DNA of 64,000 nucleotides, taken from NCBI GenBank assembly GCA_964460905.1, contig CAYWRM010000002.1, positions 91,173 to 155,172 on the forward strand. The letters run 5' to 3'. This DNA comes from an uncultured Lentimicrobiaceae bacterium. GTDB taxonomy: Bacteria > Bacteroidota > Bacteroidia > Bacteroidales > F082. The notes under the pieces are model-generated. The model worked only from the letters and a program-made list of their open reading frames with translations, made no database searches and was not told the DNA's origin. This document shows positions 47,519 to 56,910 of this stretch, in pieces (the first letter of the stretch is position 1; every line of letters starts with the position of its first letter). The position numbers and the translations under genes were made by a program.

Positions 47519-48611
47519 TTAACTATTCCCACTAAACTCTAATAAAAAAGCTTTAATAAAATCGTTAAGGTCGCCATCCATTACATTTTGCACATTAGAT
47601 GTTTCGTAATTTGTACGAACATCTTTAACTAATTTATAAGGATGCATTACATATGATCGTATTTGCGAACCCCATTCTATTTTCTTTTTATTTCCTTCAA
47701 TCTGTGCCCTAGCATCTTGTTTTTTGCGGAGTTCAATTTCATAAAGTTGCGAGCGAAGCATTTGCATTGCTTTTTCACGATTTTGTAATTGAGAACGAGT
47801 TTCCTGGCATTCAATTACAAGCCCCGAAGGTTCATGATGTAACCTTACTGCTGTTTCTACTTTGTTTACATTTTGTCCACCCGGACCACCTGATCGAAAA
47901 GTGTCCCAACTTATTTCACTAGGATTAACTTTAATTTCTATTGAATCGTCAACAACCGGATACACATATACTGATGCGAATGAGGTATGTCGGCGGTTAG
48001 CTGAATCAAATGGTGATAGACGTACCAGACGGTGAACACCGTTTTCACCTTTTAGATATCCAAAGGCAAATTCTCCGCTAAACTGTAAAGTGACTGATTT
48101 TATTCCTGCTACATCACCTGCGTGATAATCAAGCTCTTTAACCCTAAAGTTATTTCGCTCACCATATCTAATATACATTCGCATGAGCATCTCTGCCCAG
48201 TCCTGACTTTCAGTGCCTCCTGCTCCCGGGTTTATTTTTAGAATAGCATCAAAAGCATCTTCCTTATTGCTGAGCATTTGTAAAAACTCCAGATTGGCAA
48301 TGACATTATTACTCACGTCGAATTGATCATCTAGCTCCTTACGTGTTGCTTCATCAATTTCAAAAAATTCTTCCAATACGATCAGGTCATCAAATGATTC
48401 CTGAGCATTGTTGAATGAATCTACCCAACGTTTTTTTACCTTGATTTTTTTTAGATGTTGTTCTGCTGCTTTTGGGTCATCCCAGAATTGTGGTGATTGA
48501 GTTTTTTCTTCCTCCTCATCGATTTCCATTTTTTTTCGGTCAATGTCAAAGATACCCCCTTAAGGCTTCAAGCCTTCCTTCAAGTTTTTTTCTGCCTTCT
48601 GTTGTAAACAT
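47519..48611 (-). CDS. prfB: peptide chain release factor 2, requires programmed +1 frameshift
   Basis: Frame 0 runs 48611..48549 ([21 protein letters not shown]) and ends at an in-frame TGA. Frame +1 runs 48547..47519 ([12 protein letters not shown]...) and carries SPF (RLSPFDS) and GGQ ([18 protein letters not shown]). Confidence 0.9.
48545..48560 (-). promoter_or_regulatory. prfB +1 frameshift site (AGGGGGTATCTTTGAC)
   Basis: The minus strand reads agg ggg tat ctt tga c. This is an internal SD-like AGGGGG, a 3-nt spacer and the CTT TGA C slippery/stop context, the same as the canonical E. coli prfB site. Confidence 0.9.
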
Positions 48612-48706
48612 TCTGCTCTATTGTTAGATGGTTTAATTGTTAAATTGCTTGCCCTACCGAAGTATGACTAAAGAGGGTTATGTGGTTTCTAAAACTTACA
48701 TATGTG

Positions 48707-49159
48707 CTATAATTCACCTTTAATGACTTTCCAAACCAACTCGGGCTGAAATCCTTTTTGTTGAGCATATGCTACCAACTTATTATTTCGGCGGAATTCA
48801 TTATCATCATCTATTTTCTTTGATGATAGTACGGCTTTCAGCGTTTTCAGGTATTCTGCTTCATCCAATGAATTTAGAGCAATTTGGATAGTTAGCTCCG
48901 GAATTTGTTTTTGATGAAGAGCATAACTAATTTTGTTTCTTCCCCATCGATTGTTCCGTAGTTTTCCAATGGCATAAGCAAATGTAAATCGTTCTTCGTT
49001 AACGAAGTCTTCCTTTTTTAATCTTAGGATAATTTCTGAGACAATCTTTTCGTTAACGTTCCAGCTTTTTAGTTTCATTTTAACGTCAAAGATCGAACGT
49101 TCCTGATATGCGCAAAATTTACGTGCTTTTTCCAGTAAAAATGAATGTTCGGGTGCCAT
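48707..49159 (-). CDS. recX: regulatory protein RecX
   Basis: 150 aa three-helix-repeat protein. The N-terminus KARKFCAYQERSIFDVKMKL matches the RecX pattern (A..YL.yrERS..EvR.KL). Confidence 0.65.
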   Translation of the reverse strand: MAPEHSFLLEKARKFCAYQERSIFDVKMKLKSWNVNEKIVSEIILRLKKEDFVNEERFTFAYAIGKLRNNRWGRNKISYALHQKQIPELTIQIALNSLDEAEYLKTLKAVLSSKKIDDDNEFRRNNKLVAYAQQKGFQPELVWKVIKGEL

Positions 49160-49173
49160 AATAGTTGTTTATA

Positions 49174-49632
49174 CTAGTCTTGAAAATAGTGAAGTGTTAT
49201 ATCAAATGCAAGTACTTCATCGGATCCGATACTTCCTGAACCATTTGTCCCATATGCCAAACCTGAGGGTATAATAAGTTGAATCTTACCGCCTTCACCA
49301 AGTAACTGTAGCCCTTCCTGCCACCCTTTTATAACTTGAAAAAGCCCAAATGTTATATATTCATTTTCATCAAATACAACACCGTTAAGAGTGTATCCCA
49401 CATATGAAACAGTAACTTGAGAATTGATTGTAGGATGGTCATTAGCTCCGGGTTCTTCAATTATATAGTATAGTCCGGTTGAAGTAAATTGGCCATCTAA
49501 TTCGTTTTCTATTGCATAAGCTTCAATTAGCACATGGTCAACTTCCGGTTGATTTACATCTTTTTTACATGATAAAATCACTAATGTTAAAAATAAAAAA
49601 GAAATAATTGTCGTAATACGCATTTTGATCAT
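49174..49632 (-). CDS. FKBP-type peptidyl-prolyl cis-trans isomerase (lipoprotein)
   Basis: VTVSYVGYTLNGVVFDE...VIKGWQEGLQLLGEGGKIQLIIPSGLAYG. The start is moved to the ATG at 49632 (MIKMRITTIISFLFLTLVILSC, signal/lipobox). Confidence 0.8.
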   Translation of the reverse strand: MIKMRITTIISFLFLTLVILSCKKDVNQPEVDHVLIEAYAIENELDGQFTSTGLYYIIEEPGANDHPTINSQVTVSYVGYTLNGVVFDENEYITFGLFQVIKGWQEGLQLLGEGGKIQLIIPSGLAYGTNGSGSIGSDEVLAFDITLHYFQD

Positions 49633-49734
49633 AATATTTTTATTAAAAAGCAAAATTACATTTTTAACCGGAATATGCAATGCAGCAATATTCTAAACAA
49701 TTCTCCCTTATTTGTTAATATTGCTAGTATGTTA

Positions 49735-50424
49735 TTAGCTTCTTTTTAATAACTTACCTACTAGTTCAGGAACACCATCTCCACCTTTTTTGGCAATTAT
49801 ATTAAGATTTGAAATGCCGGGTATCATAGTTGCATTCGGATCGATATAATATTTTGGAACTTTGTTACCCACAAAATTTATTAGGCTGGCAGCAGGGTAT
49901 ACAACCATTGATGTGCCAATTACAATAAAAATATCTGCTTCAGAAGCAATTGATATTGCTGTTTCAATCATTGGTACACTTTCTCCAAACCATACAATAT
50001 GAGGCCGTAGTTGTGAACCCAATTCACAATTATCTCCATTTTTTAATTCCCAGTGATCAAGAGTATATATAAGGTCGGGGTTTTTAGTGCTTCTAACTTT
50101 TTTTAGCTCTCCATGTAGATGTAGTACTTTTGTTGAACCGGCACGTTCGTGTAAATCATCAACATTTTGTGTAATAATCTGTACATCATATTTATCTTCC
50201 AGTTTTACTAGCCACTTATGCCCTTCATTTGGCTCAACTTCAAACAATTGTTTTCGGCGCAGATTGTAAAACTCCAGAACCAGCTCCCTGTTATTTTCCC
50301 ATGCAATTGGTGATGCAACCTCTTCAATTCTATTATTACGCCATAGTCCATCACTATCACGAAAAGTGCTAACGCCGCTTTCAGCACTTATTCCGGCTCC
50401 GGTTAGAACAACAATCTTTTTCAT
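49735..50424 (-). CDS. cobB: Sir2-family NAD-dependent protein deacylase
   Basis: GAGISAESGVSTFR, QNVDDLHERAG, LHGEL and GTSMVVYPA motifs. 229 aa. Confidence 0.8.
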   Translation of the reverse strand: MKKIVVLTGAGISAESGVSTFRDSDGLWRNNRIEEVASPIAWENNRELVLEFYNLRRKQLFEVEPNEGHKWLVKLEDKYDVQIITQNVDDLHERAGSTKVLHLHGELKKVRSTKNPDLIYTLDHWELKNGDNCELGSQLRPHIVWFGESVPMIETAISIASEADIFIVIGTSMVVYPAASLINFVGNKVPKYYIDPNATMIPGISNLNIIAKKGGDGVPELVGKLLKRS

Positions 50425-50541
50425 ATTTAAATTTATTATTATCGTTAAAGGTAATATAAATCAGTATTCTTATCGTGGTTATAAAAAGGTGTCAAGAACA
50501 AGGCTTGCGAAGTTATTGATGCCTTTTTGTAGCCATGATAT

Positions 50542-50568
50542 AAAAAAAGCGCTCCCCGAAGAGAGCGC
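50542..50568 (-). terminator. rho-independent terminator of mdh
   Basis: The minus strand reads gcgctctc-ttcg-gggagcgc, an 8-bp stem with one G-U pair and a UUCG tetraloop, followed by T7. It lies 62 nt past the mdh stop. Confidence 0.75.
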
Positions 50569-50629
50569 CAAATACCTAAACAAGAATCGCAACCATTAAT
50601 GATTAGGTAAGAACATTAGCTTATCTATT

Positions 50630-51568
50630 TTAGAAAAGCTTCATATCGTCTAATGTTTTCATTACTTCTTTTACAGAATTTGCTGAAGTTTCAAGAAGTT
50701 TCTTTTCGTCTTTGTCAAGATCAATTTCAATAATTTCTTCAACACCATCTTTACCCAGTTTAACAGGTACACCAAGGTAAACATCTTTTAAACCATATTC
50801 GCCATTGAGGCACGCACAAAGAGGAACGATTTTTTTCTGATCATCAACAATAGCTTCAACAAGTTGTGCTGCAGCCGCTCCAGGAGCATACCATGCGCTT
50901 GTTCCCATTAGATTTACAAGTTCGCCGCCACCTTTTTTAGTTCTTTCAACAATCTTGTCAATTTCGTCTTTTCCTAATAGTTGAGTTATAGGGATACCAT
51001 TTACAGATGTATATCTTGGTAGTGGTACCATAGTGTCACCGTGACCTCCAAGCAACATAGCATGTATATCAATGGGAGCTACATTTAAAGCACTTGCAAG
51101 AAATGCGCGATAACGTCCTGTGTCAAGTGTACCTGCCATTCCAAACACTTTTCTTGAAGGTTTGTTTGAAGCCAGATACGCAGCATACGTCATAACGTCA
51201 AGCGGGTTACTTACTACTATAATGATTGCATCAGGTGAATACTTAATGGCTTTTTCTGTAACATCTTTTACTATTGATGCGTTTGTTTTTATCAAGTCAT
51301 TACGCGACATACCGGGCTTACGCGGAATACCAGATGTGATAACAATTATACCGGAACCTTTGGTTTTCAAATAATCGTTAGTTACACCTGTAACACGTGT
51401 GTTAAAATGATTAATGGCAGCAGTTTGCCATATATCAAGAGCTTTTCCCTCAGCAATACCTTCTTTTATATCAACTAATACAACTTCTTTTGCAAGATCT
51501 TTTTGAGCAATTACATTAGCGCATGTAGCCCCAACATTACCAGCTCCAATAACAGTTATTTTTTGCAT
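50630..51568 (-). CDS. mdh: malate dehydrogenase (LDH-like family)
   Basis: MQKITVIGAGNVGAT Rossmann start, GIPRKPGMSR.DL, and GGHGDTMVP. The start is moved to the ATG at 51568; the 13-codon K-rich extension in the track is unlikely. Confidence 0.9.
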   Translation of the reverse strand: MQKITVIGAGNVGATCANVIAQKDLAKEVVLVDIKEGIAEGKALDIWQTAAINHFNTRVTGVTNDYLKTKGSGIIVITSGIPRKPGMSRNDLIKTNASIVKDVTEKAIKYSPDAIIIVVSNPLDVMTYAAYLASNKPSRKVFGMAGTLDTGRYRAFLASALNVAPIDIHAMLLGGHGDTMVPLPRYTSVNGIPITQLLGKDEIDKIVERTKKGGGELVNLMGTSAWYAPGAAAAQLVEAIVDDQKKIVPLCACLNGEYGLKDVYLGVPVKLGKDGVEEIIEIDLDKDEKKLLETSANSVKEVMKTLDDMKLF

Positions 51569-51842
51569 TTTATATGGTTTTATTTTTCGTTTTACTTTTT
51601 TATTCATTGGCGCAAATGTAGTAATATTTTAATATATAGATATGCTAAATATATCCATATTAACATACTATTGCTAATTTAGCAAGTGTCTAAATTGCCG
51701 AATGCAACAATTATTAAGCAATGATGTTATTAATAAAACATTTATATCCGAAAACACACACAATATAGCGTTATTTGATGTTTATTTGTGATTACATAAA
51801 TTACATATCATTTTTAAATACATAATATAATTAAATCAATAG

Positions 51843-52475
51843 ATGCAAAATCAAGTATTTACAATAACCGATAAACATCGTGCTGCTGCACGAATAATTT
51901 TCAATAGAGTGTTAGAGGATCATATACCAAAAAATATAATTACTGTAACCGGTGAAGTTGGAACAGGAAAATCAACGGTTTCCTATTTGGTTGCTAAACT
52001 TCTTAAAAAACAAGGAATCCGTGCTAAAATTATGGATCTTGATAATTATTATAAAATTCCACCAATCGATAGAAAAAAATGGAGATTGGATAATGGTCTT
52101 GAAAGTGTTGGTTTAGATGAATATGACTGGAATAAAATCTATGAAAATATTCAGGATTTTAAAAAAAGTAAAATAGCCAGTATGCCATTAGTTGATATGG
52201 TTACCGATTATGAAGATGAGCTTATTACAAATTTTGATGGGGTTGATTTACTCATTATTAAGGGGTTATATTCCATAAAATGTAAAGAATCAAGGCTAAA
52301 GGTTTTTATAGAACTATCCTATCAAGAGGCTTTGAAATACAATACATATGAGAGAATTGAAGAAACTGATGCCTTCCGTTTAAAGGTAATGTCGAAAGAG
52401 CAGGATATAGTTATGAAATTAAAAAAGGATGCCGATTTTTATATCGACTTTGATACTGAAAATTATCATTTATAG
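51843..52475 (+). CDS. P-loop nucleoside/nucleotide kinase-like protein (uridine kinase/PRK superfamily?)
   Basis: Walker A VTGEVGTGKST followed by DLDNYY, as in uridine-kinase-like proteins. 210 aa, specific function unknown. Confidence 0.45.
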   Translation: MQNQVFTITDKHRAAARIIFNRVLEDHIPKNIITVTGEVGTGKSTVSYLVAKLLKKQGIRAKIMDLDNYYKIPPIDRKKWRLDNGLESVGLDEYDWNKIYENIQDFKKSKIASMPLVDMVTDYEDELITNFDGVDLLIIKGLYSIKCKESRLKVFIELSYQEALKYNTYERIEETDAFRLKVMSKEQDIVMKLKKDADFYIDFDTENYHL

Positions 52476-52479
52476 ACTT

Positions 52480-52516
52480 AAAAAAGGAGCAATATTTTTG
52501 AAATATGCTCCTTTCT
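52480..52516. terminator. bidirectional terminator hairpin between convergent genes
   Basis: aaaaaaggagcaatatttttgaaatatgctcctttct. The stem is ggagca.tat/ata.tgctcc with A- and T-rich flanks. Confidence 0.5.
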
Positions 52517-52527
52517 AGATTGCTTTT

Positions 52528-52713
52528 TTAACCTGCTTGCAAGTCTTCTGCTCCCGGTAGCATTCCTTCTAACTTTGAGGGATCATGTATCAGAACAGGT
52601 ATATGTTGTGGGCATATCCAGTAGTTATTGTTTTTAAAATCAACAGCTACTAAGGGTACCTCTTGTTCGTTACGTTTGCAGAATAAGCAAACTTTTTCAG
52701 TATGATTTTCCAT
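52528..52713 (-). CDS. 61-aa CxxC...CxxH putative metal-binding protein
   Basis: MENHTEKVCLFCKRN...WICPQHIPVLIHDP. Four potential ligands (C9, C12, C34, H37). No family recognised with certainty. Confidence 0.4.
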   Translation of the reverse strand: MENHTEKVCLFCKRNEQEVPLVAVDFKNNNYWICPQHIPVLIHDPSKLEGMLPGAEDLQAG

Positions 52714-52909
52714 TTGTTTTCTATTTTGTATTTAAAAAATTTTTAAGGCGGCAAATATCTGAAATTATCTTATAGGTAGTACACTTGGTTCTTTATCATT
52801 CGAATAGAATTTGTAATATTGCAGTATAAGCGTGAAGGAGAATGGATTATCCTTAATTGATTTGTTTATATGCCTAACATTTTATTATAAATCATAAAAT
52901 CGTTCAAAT

Positions 52910-55309
52910 ATGAAAATTATAAAGCAAATATTCTTCATACTAATAATTATTGTTGTTGTATTTGCAATGGCAAGTTATTTTTGGCTAAGATCAACTAAAC
53001 CTGATTATTCGGGGATAGTAACTATGCAAGAACTTGAAAATAAGGTGGAAGTGATTTTTGATGATTATGGTGTACCACACATTTATGCTGAAAATTCACA
53101 TGACGCATATATGGCATTGGGATATGTTCAAGCTCAGGAACGATTGTTTCAAATGGAGATGATAAGGCGTGTTACATCAGGAAGATTATCAGAGCTGCTT
53201 GGTGAAAAGTTTATCAATACTGATAAAACTATGCTTACACTTGGGATTCGGGAGATGGCCGTAAAAAGTGCTGACAAATTTTTTAATAGTACCAATGAGC
53301 AATATAAAAAAGAGACAATTGCCTACCTTGCTGGAATAAATAGCTTTATTGAAAATGGAACTTTACCCATTGAATTTACTTTGTTAAATTTTAAACCGGA
53401 GCTATTTAAACCTGTTGATGTATATACTGCCATCGGATACATGTCGTTATCATTTACATCGGCACTTTCGCAGGAGCCTATAGTTACCCGAATATTAGAG
53501 AATCTTGGTGAGGATTATCTTTTGGATCTTGATCTTGATTCGATTTCAAATAGCTTACATTATCCTAAATCTGGAGATTCCACAAAGCAATTGAGTAAAT
53601 TGTCTTCCGTTATACAGCATATATTTGAGACTCTGCCTATCCCTGTGTGGTATGGCTCAAATAACTGGGTGTTAAGTAGCGACAGATCAAAATCGGGTAA
53701 GGTATTGCTTGCCAATGATACACATATTAAATATTCACAGCCGGCAGTTTGGTATGAAGCATATCTTGAATACCCCGGTTTTTCTATGGCAGGTTATTAT
53801 CTTGCTGGGGTACCTTTTGCTATTGTTGGTCATAATAACGAAATTGCGTGGGGAACTACTATATTTCCATTTGATAATATGGATCTATATCGTGAAAAAC
53901 AAAACCCTGATAACCCTAACCAGGTATGGGTTAACGATCACTGGCAGGAATATAGTACGGTGACAAAAGTCATTCCTGTTAAAGGAGCTGAAGATATTGA
54001 TTTTACAATTCGTAGTACACGTCATGGGCCTGTTTTAAATGGAATTTATAATAATATTGCAACAGATAATGATCCTCCGGTTACATTATGGTGGGCATTA
54101 AACGAAATGGAATCTACTGTTCTTGACGCCTTATATAAAATTAATAATGCTCATAATATGTTGGATTTTGAAGCCGCAATGGAACTTGTTGATTTAATTG
54201 GCATGAATATGATTTATGGTGATAATGAGGATAACATAGCACTTTGGTCGGTAGGTAAAATACCCATTAGGCCGGAGCATGTTAATTCGAAAATAATACT
54301 TGACGGAGCAAGTGGAAATGATGAGATATTGGGCTACTATCCGTTTGAAAAGAATCCGAAAATAATTAATCCTGAGGATGGGTTTATAACCACATCAAAT
54401 GATGAACATCAGCGGGTTGATAGTGTTTTATATCCTGGTTATTACTCGGCAGGATTGCGGGCAGCACGCATAAAAAGGTTGATAAATTCACGTGATAAGT
54501 GGGATATTGATGGTTTAAAGGAAGTACAACTTGATAACACTTCAGAAAGGGATACAACGCTTGCTGCACTAATATTATCCGAAGCTGATACACGAAGTGT
54601 TGCCAATATCAGTCCTACATTTGCATTAGCAATTAATCAACTTAAAGATTGGGATGGAAGTACCGGAATTCAAAGTATTGGTGCAACAATATTCAATAAC
54701 CTGGTTTATTTTTTAATGTATAATACCATGGCAGATGAGCTGGTTGATCAGGATTTTATTAGTTTCTCAAAATCATTTCTTGTTCGATCAAAAATGGCAG
54801 CAATATTTTCAAATCCAAATTCAATTTGGTATGATGATGTGGCTACGGATGAATTGAATGAATCAAGAAAACAAATTTTTACGCAATCATTGGAAGATGC
54901 CATAACCTCGCTTATTGCTCAAATGGGTGATGATGTTGGTACCTGGACATGGGGAAGAGTTCATACACTTACACATGTTCACCCAATTGGTCGTGAAGAA
55001 CCATTGGATAAAATCTTCAATGTTGGTCCGTTTGCAAAGGCTGGCGCCAATGATGTTATTGATAAAGAGGGCTTTAAATATAATAAGTCTGGAATTTTTA
55101 AGATAGTTGATGGTCCAGCAATGAGAATGCTTGTTGATTTTGCAGATACAGATCACGCTTTATCGATTATTCCAACTGGCCAGTCAGGAAATGTTATGAG
55201 TCCCTATTATTCAGATCAGGCATATATGTTTAACAAAGGTGAATATCGTGTTATTAATACGAATAAAAAAGAGCTTGATAAAGAGAGCGTGCTAATTCTT
55301 GAACCATAG
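52910..55309 (+). CDS. penicillin acylase family Ntn hydrolase (possible acyl-homoserine-lactone/penicillin amidase)
   Basis: 799 aa with an N-terminal anchor and YGVPHIYAEN...GYVQAQERLFQME. The autoprocessing/nucleophile site is GSNNWVLS. Confidence 0.85.
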   Translation: MKIIKQIFFILIIIVVVFAMASYFWLRSTKPDYSGIVTMQELENKVEVIFDDYGVPHIYAENSHDAYMALGYVQAQERLFQMEMIRRVTSGRLSELLGEKFINTDKTMLTLGIREMAVKSADKFFNSTNEQYKKETIAYLAGINSFIENGTLPIEFTLLNFKPELFKPVDVYTAIGYMSLSFTSALSQEPIVTRILENLGEDYLLDLDLDSISNSLHYPKSGDSTKQLSKLSSVIQHIFETLPIPVWYGSNNWVLSSDRSKSGKVLLANDTHIKYSQPAVWYEAYLEYPGFSMAGYYLAGVPFAIVGHNNEIAWGTTIFPFDNMDLYREKQNPDNPNQVWVNDHWQEYSTVTKVIPVKGAEDIDFTIRSTRHGPVLNGIYNNIATDNDPPVTLWWALNEMESTVLDALYKINNAHNMLDFEAAMELVDLIGMNMIYGDNEDNIALWSVGKIPIRPEHVNSKIILDGASGNDEILGYYPFEKNPKIINPEDGFITTSNDEHQRVDSVLYPGYYSAGLRAARIKRLINSRDKWDIDGLKEVQLDNTSERDTTLAALILSEADTRSVANISPTFALAINQLKDWDGSTGIQSIGATIFNNLVYFLMYNTMADELVDQDFISFSKSFLVRSKMAAIFSNPNSIWYDDVATDELNESRKQIFTQSLEDAITSLIAQMGDDVGTWTWGRVHTLTHVHPIGREEPLDKIFNVGPFAKAGANDVIDKEGFKYNKSGIFKIVDGPAMRMLVDFADTDHALSIIPTGQSGNVMSPYYSDQAYMFNKGEYRVINTNKKELDKESVLILEP

Positions 55310-55398
55310 TCTGAATTATGATTCTTGATGTTAGGTCAGAATAGTTATATTCATTTTTAATCATTGTATATCACATTAATCATAAATAAATCAGGGGT

Positions 55399-55809
55399 TC
55401 AGACATTTTTCGTTTCTTTTAATCCATTAACAGAAAGAGAAATTTGAAGAATAAAAAAGAATATAAACACAAATATTCCAGTCAAAAATGTACTAGATAC
55501 AGATATTGAAAAAGGTACTATTGTAATACGATCAAGATATTGAATAAAAGTAGAAAAACTCAAAGTATATGAATCGAATACTAATAGCAGAGTAAATATT
55601 ATAATTATTATAGCACCAATAGTAACCCAGCCTTTCCATGATATTATTGGACTTGTAACCGGGAGTTTCTTATTTGCAACATTGATATCTTCAATTTTAT
55701 TCATTACTGATGAAATAAACTCATCACCAGGCTTTTCAAGTGATGCAATTTTAACAGCTTTTTTCACAAAATCATCAGTATTTTCACTAGCTATATTCAT
55801 AATAATCAA
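55399..55809 (-). CDS. putative anti-sigma factor / membrane protein
   Basis: 136 aa with two TM segments. It overlaps the 3' end of the ECF sigma gene by 23 nt (or 14 nt from the ATG at 55800). The call rests on position only. Confidence 0.4.
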   Translation of the reverse strand: MIIMNIASENTDDFVKKAVKIASLEKPGDEFISSVMNKIEDINVANKKLPVTSPIISWKGWVTIGAIIIIIFTLLLVFDSYTLSFSTFIQYLDRITIVPFSISVSSTFLTGIFVFIFFFILQISLSVNGLKETKNV

Positions 55810-56371
55810 TTTTTTGTTGTCCCACTTTGTCTTTTAGTTCATTATAAAGTTTTTTTCTGCTTCTATAGAGTTTAATTTTAACATTTTGGGGAGTTATTCC
55901 TATAATTTCAGCTATTTCTTTAATTGGTAATTCTTCATAGTAATATAAAGTTACAATTATCTTTTCTGTTTCCGGAAGTTTTAATAGCGAGTCATTAATA
56001 ATTTCTCTTTTTTCATTAAAATTAATATCACGATGAGTATCAGTAGAATCAGAAATATTAAATTCAATGGAATTATTTATTTCTATTGCGTCTATTTTTC
56101 TTTTATGAGATTTATATTTGCTAATAGAAGCATTATATGTTATTCGGTAAATCCATGTGGACAATTTTGACGTCCTATTGAAACTGCCCAACGATTGATA
56201 AACCTTTAGAAATACATCCTGGGCTAGTTCCTCGGCCTCCTCTTTGTTTTTTAACACCCTGTAAGCCAATGTGTAAACCATCATATTGTAGTCTTTAACA
56301 ATTGACTCAAAAGAATGTATATCTCCTTTAAGTGTTTTTTCAATTAATATGTTTTCATCTAATGACACCAT
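55787..56371 (-). CDS. ECF-type RNA polymerase sigma-70 family factor
   Basis: Region 2 (AEELAQDVFLKVYQSL..F......STWIYRITYN) and region 4 HTH (LPIKEIAEIIGITPQNVKIKLYRSRKKL). 194 aa. Confidence 0.85.
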   Translation of the reverse strand: MVSLDENILIEKTLKGDIHSFESIVKDYNMMVYTLAYRVLKNKEEAEELAQDVFLKVYQSLGSFNRTSKLSTWIYRITYNASISKYKSHKRKIDAIEINNSIEFNISDSTDTHRDINFNEKREIINDSLLKLPETEKIIVTLYYYEELPIKEIAEIIGITPQNVKIKLYRSRKKLYNELKDKVGQQKIDYYEYS

Positions 56372-56550
56372 TTTATTTTAGACACACAAATATATAGTTG
56401 GTTACAAAAAAAATAAGGAAAGTTTCAAGTGTCACTATTAATCCTTTTATTAATAATCGAGCCATAGTAAACAAAGAAAATTATTTCTGTAACCAAAACA
56501 CAAAACTACTGTCAAAGATATTAAAGTTATTAATCATAAAATTTAGAAAA

Positions 56551-56910
56551 ATGGAAGTATCAATTGTGTTTATCAGTCTATTTATTGTAATCTTTGGAAT
56601 TTGTTATCTTTACTTCACTGCTCGACATAAGGAACGTCTTGCGTTAATTGAAAAAGACAAAGATGTAAGTGTTTTTTATAGTAGTAAAAAAGCGTTATCT
56701 TCAAGTTCAAATGCATGGAGAAATGTTGTATTAAGTCTTGGTCTTGTATCTATTGGTGTTGGTGTGGGTATTTTATTGGGTAGTTTCTTAAATCTTACTG
56801 TTGGAATGTCAGAAGAAGTTGCTTTTCCTGCATCTATATTTTTAATGGCAGGAGTTGGGTTGCTGACAGGTTTTTTTATTACAAAGAAAAATGAAAAGGA
56901 ATCAATTTGA
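56551..56910 (+). CDS. small membrane protein
   Basis: Start taken at the ATG at 56551 (MEVSIVFISLFIVIFGICYLYF). Three predicted TM helices. The upstream 51 codons of the track ORF look non-coding. Confidence 0.45.
   Translation: MEVSIVFISLFIVIFGICYLYFTARHKERLALIEKDKDVSVFYSSKKALSSSSNAWRNVVLSLGLVSIGVGVGILLGSFLNLTVGMSEEVAFPASIFLMAGVGLLTGFFITKKNEKESI

Noticed and set aside
47519-48529. RF2 appearing N-terminally truncated (possible pseudogene)
   Set aside because: It is explained by the canonical programmed +1 frameshift at CTT TGA C. The upstream 21-codon frame supplies the missing N-terminus.
49735-50424. SIR2-domain protein as an anti-phage effector (Thoeris/DSR-like)
   Set aside because: It is a short stand-alone sirtuin with full deacylase motifs, with no fused sensor domain and no partner gene. 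Its neighbours are FKBP, recX and mdh.
51569-51607. 13-codon K-rich extension of mdh, and similar extensions at 31099..31158, 56398..56550 and 49633..49680
   Set aside because: In each case an internal ATG gives the canonical N-terminus (a Rossmann GAGNVG start or a signal peptide). In one case a promoter-like motif lies inside the supposed extension.
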